Below are positions 56,007 to 64,000 of a stretch of 64,000 nt of DNA, piece by piece (position 1 is the stretch's first letter; every line of letters begins with the position of its first letter). The stretch spans positions 32,001-96,000 of the IMG/VR virus record IMGVR_UViG_3300005681_000033; one strand, given 5' to 3'. A program made the position numbers and the translations under genes. The notes beneath the pieces are model-generated. The model saw only the letters and a program-made list of their open reading frames with translations. It was not told where the DNA came from and did not search any database. Source of the stretch: a virus.

Positions 56007-56966
56007 ATGTCTAAGTTGAACCTTTTAATTCACGTTAACGCATATGAGGACTCAAATCCTACTAATAACCCGTCTCGCAACAATTTTAAGTGGAATAGGG
56101 ATCAACAAGGGATTGATATTTCTGAGCCAACTTCTCAGTCTTTATCCTTACCTGCAGGTCAAAGCATGACCTTATTTTCAGGTACTGTGTCAAACGCTTC
56201 TGACAACACTACCACATGGGATATTGCTTTAAAAGCCGGTACAAGCAATACTTATAAAATTTCTAAAAATGCAGGTACTTCACCGGCTTTTAGAACAGCA
56301 AGGGGAAGCTCTGCCGACGCCACAACTGAAATTACAATTACTAAGAATGCCAGTTTATTGACAATTGCTTCGACTGGTGGAACAGCCCTAAATCTTATTG
56401 TTGGTGGTGTCATTGTTGGAGATGAAATTAGATTAGGTAGTTTGTTTAGCCCAGTAAATCGTGGAAAATACAAAATTCTTTCTCGAACAGCTACGAGTGT
56501 TACAATTGAAAATAATTCTGGACAAGCTGAAGGACCTATTACATTAGGTGTTGGTTTTGCTGATCAATTAAGTATTTTTAGCGCAGCTGGTGTTCAGGTA
56601 GGCGACAAGGTTGACTTGGTAGCTGGGTTTAGCTCCGTCAGTTTTGGTACTTATGAAATTACCGATGTTTCTCCTGATTATATTGAATTTTATAGCAGCG
56701 ATGCCTTGCCGGTAGAGTCGGCTGTTTCAAACAACCCTGCAGCATTAATGGTATATCGAGATGCAAAGCAATTTGTTTATATCGAATCGAATAAAAAATT
56801 AGAAGTTAAGATTAACAACTCTGCAACTCCCAATACAATCGAACCAATGCAAGCAGGTAGTTCAAATGCTCCTGGAATGTTTATGTCAAGTTCTTCAATG
56901 AAGAGCTTGGAAATTACAAACTTGTCAATGGAAACTGCCAATATTTTTTACGTGACGGCGGAATAG
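56007..56966 (+). CDS. putative virion structural protein (beta-rich, S/T/G/A-rich)
   Basis: internal repeat GV.VGD...L...FS.V..G.Y.I; between TerL and portal. Confidence 0.6.
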   Translation: MSKLNLLIHVNAYEDSNPTNNPSRNNFKWNRDQQGIDISEPTSQSLSLPAGQSMTLFSGTVSNASDNTTTWDIALKAGTSNTYKISKNAGTSPAFRTARGSSADATTEITITKNASLLTIASTGGTALNLIVGGVIVGDEIRLGSLFSPVNRGKYKILSRTATSVTIENNSGQAEGPITLGVGFADQLSIFSAAGVQVGDKVDLVAGFSSVSFGTYEITDVSPDYIEFYSSDALPVESAVSNNPAALMVYRDAKQFVYIESNKKLEVKINNSATPNTIEPMQAGSSNAPGMFMSSSSMKSLEITNLSMETANIFYVTAE

Positions 56967-56974
56967 GATAATCT

Positions 56975-58771
56975 ATGAGTGAAGATAAAAAGAAGATTAT
57001 CATGGAAGCTGCTGGCTCCGCACAAGAACAGCAAGATCAATTTAATCAAGCTATGGTTATGAATGCAAGTCGGGGTGATATTAATTCTGACATGATGAAA
57101 TCCCTATTGCGCCATGCAACTGGTGCAGTAGGCAAAAAAGGTAAAATCCCACGTTTAGCTTTTGCTGAAGACCCAACACTTCATGATAACTATGCAGGGT
57201 TGTACAAATTACGTCGAGGCTTATTACCTCCAAACGTTATTAAAAACATTCGTACTCAAAATTTCTTAATCGCCGGTATCCTTCGCGCTCGTGGTAATAC
57301 ACTATCAATGATGGGTCATATCCGCAAAGATCGATTTGACGTCGGTATTGAAGTGGATATCAAACCAGAATTTAAAGATCATATCGAACCAGAACAAATG
57401 GTTAAAATTCAAGAGAGAATTGACCGTTTCGTTAAACTTCTTATCAATTGCGGTCGAACAGACGGCTTAGATGAAGAAGATAAAATGACCCTTCCAGAAT
57501 TTTTGGATTTGCAAACTAGAAATGGTTTGGCTTTTGGTTGGTTTGCTACTGAAATCATCTACAAAGGTGACAATGACGACGAATTCCATAGATTCCGTCC
57601 AGTCGACGCTGGAACTATTTTTCACTCTGTTAAGAAAGGTGAGGCTGCAGAATCTGTACGCAGAAGTTCATTAAAAGCATTGCAGTATTTGACTGGTGTT
57701 GAAATCGATCAGTCAATGTTAGAAAAAGACGAATATGCATGGATTCAAGCTATCAATGGTATGCCAAAACAAGCGTTCACTTCTAAGGAAATGATTGTTT
57801 ACAATCTTTATCCTTCATCTGACGTTGAACACAATGGCTATCCAGTTACTCCACTAGATACTGCAATGACATCTGTGACAACACATATGTCGATTGAGAT
57901 CTACAATAAATTATACTTCCAAAATGGTCGCGCTGCCAAGGGTATGCTTGTTATCAGTTCTGATGACATTGATCAAGCAGCGGTTGAGGACATTAAGCAA
58001 CAATTCAATGCTTCTATCAACAATGTAAGTAATTCTTTTAGAACCCCTATTTTTGGTGTTGCTAAGGGTGATACTGTTGAATGGATGCAAACAACACCTA
58101 ATAAAAAAGATGGTGAGTTTGAATTCTTATTTGATCAAACGACTCGCAATATTTTATCAGCATTCAACATGTCTCCTGATGAATTACCTGGTTTTTCACA
58201 CTTGTCAAAAGGTACAAACCAACAAGGTTTATCAGAAGCTAATAACGAATTTAAGTTAATCGCTGCTCGCGATACTGGTATCCGTCCATTGTTACTTAAA
58301 ATTCAAGATTTCTTGAATGAGAAATTATTCCCTCTTATTGATTCTGAGCTTTCACAACTTTGCAATATCGTATTGGCTGGTTTTGACGCAGAAACAAAAG
58401 AACAAGAGTCAAATCGTCTATTAAGAGATATGCCTATTCATTACGCTTATGATGAGGTAATGGAAGAGGTAGATAAAGAACAAGTTGGACAGCACATGAT
58501 GGGAAATATCCCATTCAATGAGCACTATCGACAAGCTTTAGATGCTTACTCAAGCGTCAATGACATCGTAGGTTTCTTTGCGGATTCACCCGCTGCAATT
58601 GTTGATCCAATGTTAAAATATAAACGTGATCAATTTTTCTTCCAATGGTTAGAAGTACTTTCTAATGCAAATCCAGAGGCTGCTGCAGCTTTCTTTGCGT
58701 CTAGAGACGATTCTTTAGACATTTTAAAAATGTACTTGGATGATTATTTAACTGAAGAAGAATTAGGATAA
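56975..58771 (+). CDS. portal protein
   Basis: F.PVDAGTI, GY..TPL, N.LYFQNG..AKG.L, D.EF.......I.SAFNMSPDEL.G, GIRPLL..I...N. Confidence 0.85.
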   Translation: MSEDKKKIIMEAAGSAQEQQDQFNQAMVMNASRGDINSDMMKSLLRHATGAVGKKGKIPRLAFAEDPTLHDNYAGLYKLRRGLLPPNVIKNIRTQNFLIAGILRARGNTLSMMGHIRKDRFDVGIEVDIKPEFKDHIEPEQMVKIQERIDRFVKLLINCGRTDGLDEEDKMTLPEFLDLQTRNGLAFGWFATEIIYKGDNDDEFHRFRPVDAGTIFHSVKKGEAAESVRRSSLKALQYLTGVEIDQSMLEKDEYAWIQAINGMPKQAFTSKEMIVYNLYPSSDVEHNGYPVTPLDTAMTSVTTHMSIEIYNKLYFQNGRAAKGMLVISSDDIDQAAVEDIKQQFNASINNVSNSFRTPIFGVAKGDTVEWMQTTPNKKDGEFEFLFDQTTRNILSAFNMSPDELPGFSHLSKGTNQQGLSEANNEFKLIAARDTGIRPLLLKIQDFLNEKLFPLIDSELSQLCNIVLAGFDAETKEQESNRLLRDMPIHYAYDEVMEEVDKEQVGQHMMGNIPFNEHYRQALDAYSSVNDIVGFFADSPAAIVDPMLKYKRDQFFFQWLEVLSNANPEAAAAFFASRDDSLDILKMYLDDYLTEEELG

Positions 58772-58783
58772 TAGGAGTTTAAA

Positions 58784-59398
58784 ATGGCTGCAGACTGGAA
58801 AATGAAGTACCAAGAAATTCGTGGAAAGCTTAAAGAAGCTACCGACGTCGCATGGCGTTTAGGCTATGAACGTGGCATGAAAGATGGAACTCAACAAGCG
58901 CAAATGCAACAAATGGCTCAGATGCAGCAACAACAAGCTGCAATGATGGGTGGTGGGCAACCTGGACAACCCGGTGCTCCTGGACAAGACCCAATGGCTG
59001 GTGGTGACCCAATGGCACAAGGTGCAGCTGGTGGTATGCCTCCAGGTGCAGAAGAGGGTGGTGACGATGCACAAATGGGCATGGGTGCTCCCGATGAAGC
59101 TGGTGGGGAAGAAGCTGGTGGTGGTTCTGAACTAGACAACCATATCAACGAACTTCAATCGTTGGTTTCTAAAGGACAAAAACCATCAGTTGTTGATATT
59201 CGTAAGGTAGTGGATAATTTGGCTGGAATTAGAAAACATCAAAAAGATTCTTGGGCTAAAAAAGTCAATAAAATTGTACCTGCACAAAAGAAAGTGGTTG
59301 ATTCGATTTTAAAGAAATGGGAAACAGAAAGTAAACGACCATCGTCTGAAATTGAAGCTATTATTAAAGAACATGGATTGAAGATTGACACAGAATAA
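58784..59398 (+). CDS. hypothetical protein with Gln/Gly/Met/Pro low-complexity core
   Basis: AGGAG RBS; QQM/GGxP tract. Confidence 0.7.
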   Translation: MAADWKMKYQEIRGKLKEATDVAWRLGYERGMKDGTQQAQMQQMAQMQQQQAAMMGGGQPGQPGAPGQDPMAGGDPMAQGAAGGMPPGAEEGGDDAQMGMGAPDEAGGEEAGGGSELDNHINELQSLVSKGQKPSVVDIRKVVDNLAGIRKHQKDSWAKKVNKIVPAQKKVVDSILKKWETESKRPSSEIEAIIKEHGLKIDTE

Positions 59399-59900
59399 GA
59401 CCTGCATTGTATGTCATTTAGATAAATCAACAGATTGTTTTCCAAAAAGAAAATATAAAAAATGTGTTGGTTTTAGAAATGAATGCAAGGCTTGTGTATC
59501 TGTTTTTCAAAAACAATATCGTTCAAAAAATAAAACACGAATTGCTGCTCAAAAAAAAGAATGGACTTTAAATCATTTAGATCAAAAAAGAGATAGTAAT
59601 TACAATTGGTTTTTAAAAAACAAAGAAAAAGCCCAGCAAAGTGTTCGCAATCACAGAATTAACAATTTGCCTTATTATCGTTTTAAAAGAGCTGCTAGAA
59701 GAGCACAGATTGCAAACGCAACTCCAAAATGGGCAGATTTGGAAAAGATCAAAGAGATTTATAAAAATTGCCCTGTTGGATATCATGTTGATCACATCAT
59801 TCCATTAACTAACGATCTAGTGTGTGGCTTACATGTTCCTGATAATTTGCAATACTTACCAGCTTCAGAGAATTTGAAAAAGGGAAATAAAATTTTATGA
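59385..59900 (+). CDS. HNH homing endonuclease
   Basis: ATPKWAD...HVDHIIPL...CGLHVPDNLQYL; paralog of 32779-33324. Confidence 0.85.
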   Translation: MTQNKTCIVCHLDKSTDCFPKRKYKKCVGFRNECKACVSVFQKQYRSKNKTRIAAQKKEWTLNHLDQKRDSNYNWFLKNKEKAQQSVRNHRINNLPYYRFKRAARRAQIANATPKWADLEKIKEIYKNCPVGYHVDHIIPLTNDLVCGLHVPDNLQYLPASENLKKGNKIL

Positions 59901-60679
59901 GGGGATTGTCGTTAAAAGCTTTTGAGGCTATTGAGAGGATGATTAAGAATCGCTTTGATTCTATTTCTATGAAATTTCTAGGTATGGTTCCAAAACCCTC
60001 TAGAAGTAAGCAAATCACCTTCAGCACTTCAAACGAAGACAATATGATTGGTTTGTTCTTAAAGGCATTGGGTAGTCAAAACCCTAATGAGCTAGAGGAA
60101 CAAACCCTAAAGACTATGCTACGTGTAACCGGTGGTTATATGGATGGCTTGCGTGATCGTACAGCCGCTCGAATCATGCATGATATCGATAGTTATGTAC
60201 AAACTCAAAGTCTTAAAAAAGAAGTGCCATCTTCCAAACAGATTGAAAAAATCATTAATAAAGAAATGTCAAAAGCTGGAAACAATTTAAAACTTATCGT
60301 GAATAGTGAATCAAACAAAGCTGCCAACACAGGCACAGCTTTACAGATCTCTAAACTCGCTGAGCAAAAGGGTATTGACGACCCTACAGTTTTCTTTGTT
60401 GTGACCGTGGACGATGTGACAGGACCTGAAGAGTTCGTTCTTCACTTACTGCCAGATCGAAAAACACCACGTGTTTGGAAGCTATCGGAACTGGGTGCTG
60501 AATACCATAAGGTAGGCGACCCAAATCCAAAACTACCTGGCTTACATCCAAATTGTCGTTGCAAATTGACCTACCTTGCAAAAGGATGGGGTTTTAGTTC
60601 TGAGGGTAAGGTAAAATTTATCAGTTTGGAACATGATGAATTTGAAAATCAACGAGAAAAGTACGGCAAACCGCGTTAA
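59897..60679 (+). CDS. MuF/SPP1 gp7-like head morphogenesis protein
   Basis: C-terminal LHPNCRC motif; near portal. Confidence 0.7.
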   Translation: MRGLSLKAFEAIERMIKNRFDSISMKFLGMVPKPSRSKQITFSTSNEDNMIGLFLKALGSQNPNELEEQTLKTMLRVTGGYMDGLRDRTAARIMHDIDSYVQTQSLKKEVPSSKQIEKIINKEMSKAGNNLKLIVNSESNKAANTGTALQISKLAEQKGIDDPTVFFVVTVDDVTGPEEFVLHLLPDRKTPRVWKLSELGAEYHKVGDPNPKLPGLHPNCRCKLTYLAKGWGFSSEGKVKFISLEHDEFENQREKYGKPR

Positions 60680-60800
60680 TTATACGTATGTTTAAACATA
60701 ATGCGTATAAAACGCATATGCATTCTTAATAAAATCAACTATTTACAGTCTTATACGTATTTATGCGCAAAAGCGTCTATGAATATTCATTTTATGCGTT
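60680..60800. repeat. AT-rich palindromic repeat cluster (TAT[A/G]CG units)
   Basis: TTATACGTAT x2, TTATGCG x2, TATGTTTAAACATA palindrome, ATGAATATTCAT palindrome. Confidence 0.55.
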
Positions 60801-60835
60801 TATTGTATTTTAATGATGCATTTTATAGAATTATG

Positions 60836-60864
60836 TTGCTATAACTTGTATTGTTGTTTATACT
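60836..60864 (+). promoter_or_regulatory. sigma70-type promoter (leaderless helicase transcript)
   Basis: TTGCTA-17nt-TATACT, 6 nt before ATG. Confidence 0.7.
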
Positions 60865-60870
60865 AAGAGC

Positions 60871-61920
60871 ATGAAAACAAATTATTCATATCAACAAAAA
60901 GCCGCTACAAAGATAATAGAAATGATGTTTAGTCACAAGCATGTTGCAACAGTTCTTGCTGCCTGTCCTGGTGCTGGCAAAACTACCATTTCACAAATGG
61001 TTATCAATAGTTATACCACCATGTCATCAAATGCTAAGGTAGTTGTTCTGACTGAAGGTCAAAACACTCTTAAAACTCAGTATCTTCAAGAATTAGAAAA
61101 ATCCCACATCAAATTAAACTTCACTTTCGGTGACTTTACAACCGAAGCTCAAGTGCGTGTTGGTCTTCCCCAATCAATCAGTCAATTAAAAGGTGGATTT
61201 GACCTTTTAATCGTTGACGAAGCGCACCGTTTCTATAAAGCTGAAATGGTTCAAGATATCATTAAAAAATATAACCCAAAACATATCTTTCTGATGACTG
61301 GCTCTCCCACTGATTTTAATGGTAAAGATGAATATGGTATTTATTATATCTCAGCGGAAGAATTACAAGAAATGGGTGTTTTCAGTGCTGTGAATATGGA
61401 TGTGGTTAAAGTTGGTGATAAAAAATCTCCACGCACAACTACATCTCAAGCCTTGACCATGGCCAAATGGAAAGGTGACGATTTAAGCAAAATCATGATT
61501 GCCTGCCCTAATATTGAGTATGCTTTAGAGGTAAACGCTGTTTTAAAAATCTTTGGTTATGATACGGCACTTTCAACTTCTAAGAACGATCAAGACGATT
61601 CTGAAATTGCTCGTTTCACTTCAGGTAAAGCAAATGCTTTAATCGTTGTTGGTAAGGGCATCTTGGGCTTTAATGACCCAAATATCACAGCTTTGTTTGA
61701 CTTTAAATCATCAGAAAATCTTGACAACTCATATCAATTGTTTGCACGGGTCTTGCGCAAACACCCAAAAGGTGTGGTAAAAACGTACTATAGAATTGCA
61801 GATAAAGATTTTAATAAACAGGTATTGACTTTACACAAAATGCTTGCTCTAATGAAGAAAAACATATTTACCCAATATACGGGTAAAAATTTAAAACTGG
61901 AAATTTCCAGAGGAGGATAA
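60871..61920 (+). CDS. SF2 (DEAH) helicase
   Basis: YQ, PGAGKT, VDEAH, TGSP, GFN.P, Q.FARVLR. Confidence 0.85.
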   Translation: MKTNYSYQQKAATKIIEMMFSHKHVATVLAACPGAGKTTISQMVINSYTTMSSNAKVVVLTEGQNTLKTQYLQELEKSHIKLNFTFGDFTTEAQVRVGLPQSISQLKGGFDLLIVDEAHRFYKAEMVQDIIKKYNPKHIFLMTGSPTDFNGKDEYGIYYISAEELQEMGVFSAVNMDVVKVGDKKSPRTTTSQALTMAKWKGDDLSKIMIACPNIEYALEVNAVLKIFGYDTALSTSKNDQDDSEIARFTSGKANALIVVGKGILGFNDPNITALFDFKSSENLDNSYQLFARVLRKHPKGVVKTYYRIADKDFNKQVLTLHKMLALMKKNIFTQYTGKNLKLEISRGG

Positions 61921-61922
61921 GG

Positions 61923-62243
61923 ATGTTACGAGGTTTAATTAAAAAGATTGTTGGTGAAGAACTGACCAAACAATCAGGAAAGGCAGACGATTCAGCTCGT
62001 TTGGTTGAACTTGAGTCAGAAAATGCAAAATTAAAGGAACAATTGGCTAATTCTGGAGCTACTAAGCGTTTGACTAGATTGAAAGAGCTTGCAGCTCAAA
62101 TTCCAGATGGCGCTCAAGGAATGGGCATGATTGCAGTTATCGAAGATGGAACTATTAAGAATATTACTTTAAAATCTAAAGCTGACCTTCTTGAAGTTGT
62201 ATCACGTGCAGAAAAAGGTGAATTGGAAGTGTTTTCATCATGA
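61923..62243 (+). CDS. hypothetical protein
   Basis: GGAGG RBS. Confidence 0.7.
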   Translation: MLRGLIKKIVGEELTKQSGKADDSARLVELESENAKLKEQLANSGATKRLTRLKELAAQIPDGAQGMGMIAVIEDGTIKNITLKSKADLLEVVSRAEKGELEVFSS

Positions 62244-63985
62244 TTTTTAACTACCTAACAAAAACATTTAAAGACGATTTTCGAAATGATCGCTTAACAA
62301 TCGAAGGTATTGCTATGTTAGAAATGTCAAGCGAGCCGGTTTCTTTTGCAATGAGAGAAGATACCTCTCCAGAAGAAGCTTCAATTACGAAAATTGAAAA
62401 TCCTATCCTTCTTTTTGAAAATGGAATTTTAAAGTTTTTTTCGGGTGGTGAAAGAATTAGATCTATTAGCAGCTTATTTTTCTTAATGAATGAATCTGAG
62501 GTTGCAGCTGCACAGCGCAACCTTTATCAGCGCGGTTATGAAAGTGCTGGAGAGGCAATTTCCAAAAAAGTTGTTTTAACAGATGTTGAAAAAAAGACAC
62601 TTCAAAAAGCAATCGACGATCTTGCATTAGCAAATGGAATTAAACTCCCTGAAAATATGGGGTATTTCAACGATCGTTTGATTTTGTACATGTATCCTTT
62701 TATTCGCTCAATGGCCAACAGTGAAACAAATTTCCATAAAGTGTTGGAAGATTTAAAACATTTTACAGATGTTAACGAAGGTAAATATAAATTTCCGATG
62801 GAACTGTTAGACCATGACAATCTCAATGATGTTCTTAAGGGCTATTTAGGAACTGGTTCTAAGGAAATCACTAAGTTTATTGCAAATAGATTAGTTGTAA
62901 AAACAGACTTGGTTAAAAGTTTAAGTCCAGAGCTTCTTAAACTACTCATTGGTAATAGCAGTAAAATCTTTGGTATCAGCACAGAGACAAAAATTTTAAC
63001 TTCTTATGAAGATATCTTTTTTGAAGTCATTACCTATGTTAAATATGTCATGGATGTTTTTGATAATAATGTGGATTACACACAAAAATACCTAAATTCA
63101 AAAGAAAAACATGTATTTACGGAACCTACCTTAAAAATTATGCGTTTTTTAAACAGTCAATTTTCACCCCAAAAGCGCATGAAACTAATGACTGATTCCG
63201 AAGTGCTTGATTATCAATTACGGGACGTTGCTGATCAAATTAGCAAGTATGATACGGTTGATAAAATTCCTTATAAGTTAAGATTTGAATATCCAGAAGG
63301 ACTTCGTGTTCCTAAAAACTGGAAAACTCTGAAAGAACTACACGACAAGGTTTCTGCTGATTTTAATATCATCAAGGCTGAAGACAACAACAAAACAATT
63401 CCTTATACAGCCGATGAATGGGCCATCCATGGCATGACCAAGGATAACGTAGAACTTGTTTTACCAAGTGAAGGAAAAACCCTTGTGGCTTGGGGTGCAG
63501 ATCAACAGCATTGTGTTGCTTCTTATGCAGACAAGGCAGCCAATAAAGAATGTATTATTATGGGCGTGAAGGTAAATGGAATTCACACTTATACAGTTGA
63601 ACTTCGATTAACCTATAAAGAGGTTTTGGTAGCATCTAAACAAATGGTAGTTGATAAGCTTGAAGAACTACCTGGTTTGCAACCGCCTGAAAGAAAAAAA
63701 CACTATTCATTTAATATTGTGCAGTTTTATGCCAAAAACAATAGACGCCCTGAAGATTTAGGCGATACCAAAACACGAGGTATTGTAAGAGAATTGCTGA
63801 GAGAGGCATTACAGATCGATGGTAATGCAGCTTTTGAGGAAGATGGTACTTACTCTTATCGAATGGAATTTGTAGCTGGCAACCAAGAGAACGATGCTTT
63901 TGATGCTATGCGATATGAAAATATCGCAGTGGGCGATCTTGGAAATGCTCCAGTGGTCATTAACGATGTTGCCCTAGGTGAATAA
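62240..63985 (+). CDS. PcfJ-like domain protein
   Basis: LKELHD...LP.....L..WG..Q.HCVASY......C.I...YTVEL. Confidence 0.7.
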   Translation: MIFNYLTKTFKDDFRNDRLTIEGIAMLEMSSEPVSFAMREDTSPEEASITKIENPILLFENGILKFFSGGERIRSISSLFFLMNESEVAAAQRNLYQRGYESAGEAISKKVVLTDVEKKTLQKAIDDLALANGIKLPENMGYFNDRLILYMYPFIRSMANSETNFHKVLEDLKHFTDVNEGKYKFPMELLDHDNLNDVLKGYLGTGSKEITKFIANRLVVKTDLVKSLSPELLKLLIGNSSKIFGISTETKILTSYEDIFFEVITYVKYVMDVFDNNVDYTQKYLNSKEKHVFTEPTLKIMRFLNSQFSPQKRMKLMTDSEVLDYQLRDVADQISKYDTVDKIPYKLRFEYPEGLRVPKNWKTLKELHDKVSADFNIIKAEDNNKTIPYTADEWAIHGMTKDNVELVLPSEGKTLVAWGADQQHCVASYADKAANKECIIMGVKVNGIHTYTVELRLTYKEVLVASKQMVVDKLEELPGLQPPERKKHYSFNIVQFYAKNNRRPEDLGDTKTRGIVRELLREALQIDGNAAFEEDGTYSYRMEFVAGNQENDAFDAMRYENIAVGDLGNAPVVINDVALGE

Positions 63986-64000
63986 ACTAGGGCTTAAACC

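Noticed and set aside
59897-60679. MuF-fused polymorphic toxin
   Set aside because: The protein ends about 40 aa after HPNCRC, leaving no room for a toxin domain, and no immunity ORF follows
1-64000. Stop-codon recoding, tRNA genes, DGR or introns/inteins
   Set aside because: Genes are full length in the standard code with all three stops used; no cloverleaf, reverse transcriptase or split core gene was recognised by eye (tRNAscan/Infernal not run)

Overview
A 64-kb, AT-rich segment of a large lytic myovirus. Its major capsid protein, scaffold, prohead protease and sheath resemble the Herelleviridae (A511/K/SPO1) type, but the gene order is scrambled. Positions 1-12.9 kb hold about 50 small leftward ORFs driven by repeated sigma70-type promoters, resembling an early/host-takeover region. 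A hairpin-rich gap follows at 12.9-13.2 kb and an iteron-like repeat array (candidate origin) at 15.5 kb. Positions 18.5-46.3 kb are a mostly leftward virion block (fibres, tube, sheath, neck, head proteins, prohead protease). Positions 46.6-64 kb run rightward: scaffold, capsid, AAA ATPase, phosphoesterase, GroEL, TerL, portal, MuF, helicase and a PcfJ-like protein. Four observations stand out. (1) A candidate protease-released capsid-cargo system: a 1314-aa polyprotein (SAM-lyase-like | three ADP-ribosyltransferase-like | HDxxGH | lytic transglycosylase-like modules) and the protease's own HExxH-bearing tail are punctuated by the same hydrophobic-x-K/[SAG] motif that recurs in the scaffold and capsid N-terminus. 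(2) A phage mCpol-like nucleotide-cyclase gene ends in an A_AAA_AAG slippery site plus pseudoknot, implying an unannotated -1 frameshift product. (3) A candidate late promoter motif, CAATCTTTA. (4) Several apparently leaderless genes. All family calls are from by-eye motif recognition; no database searches were run.
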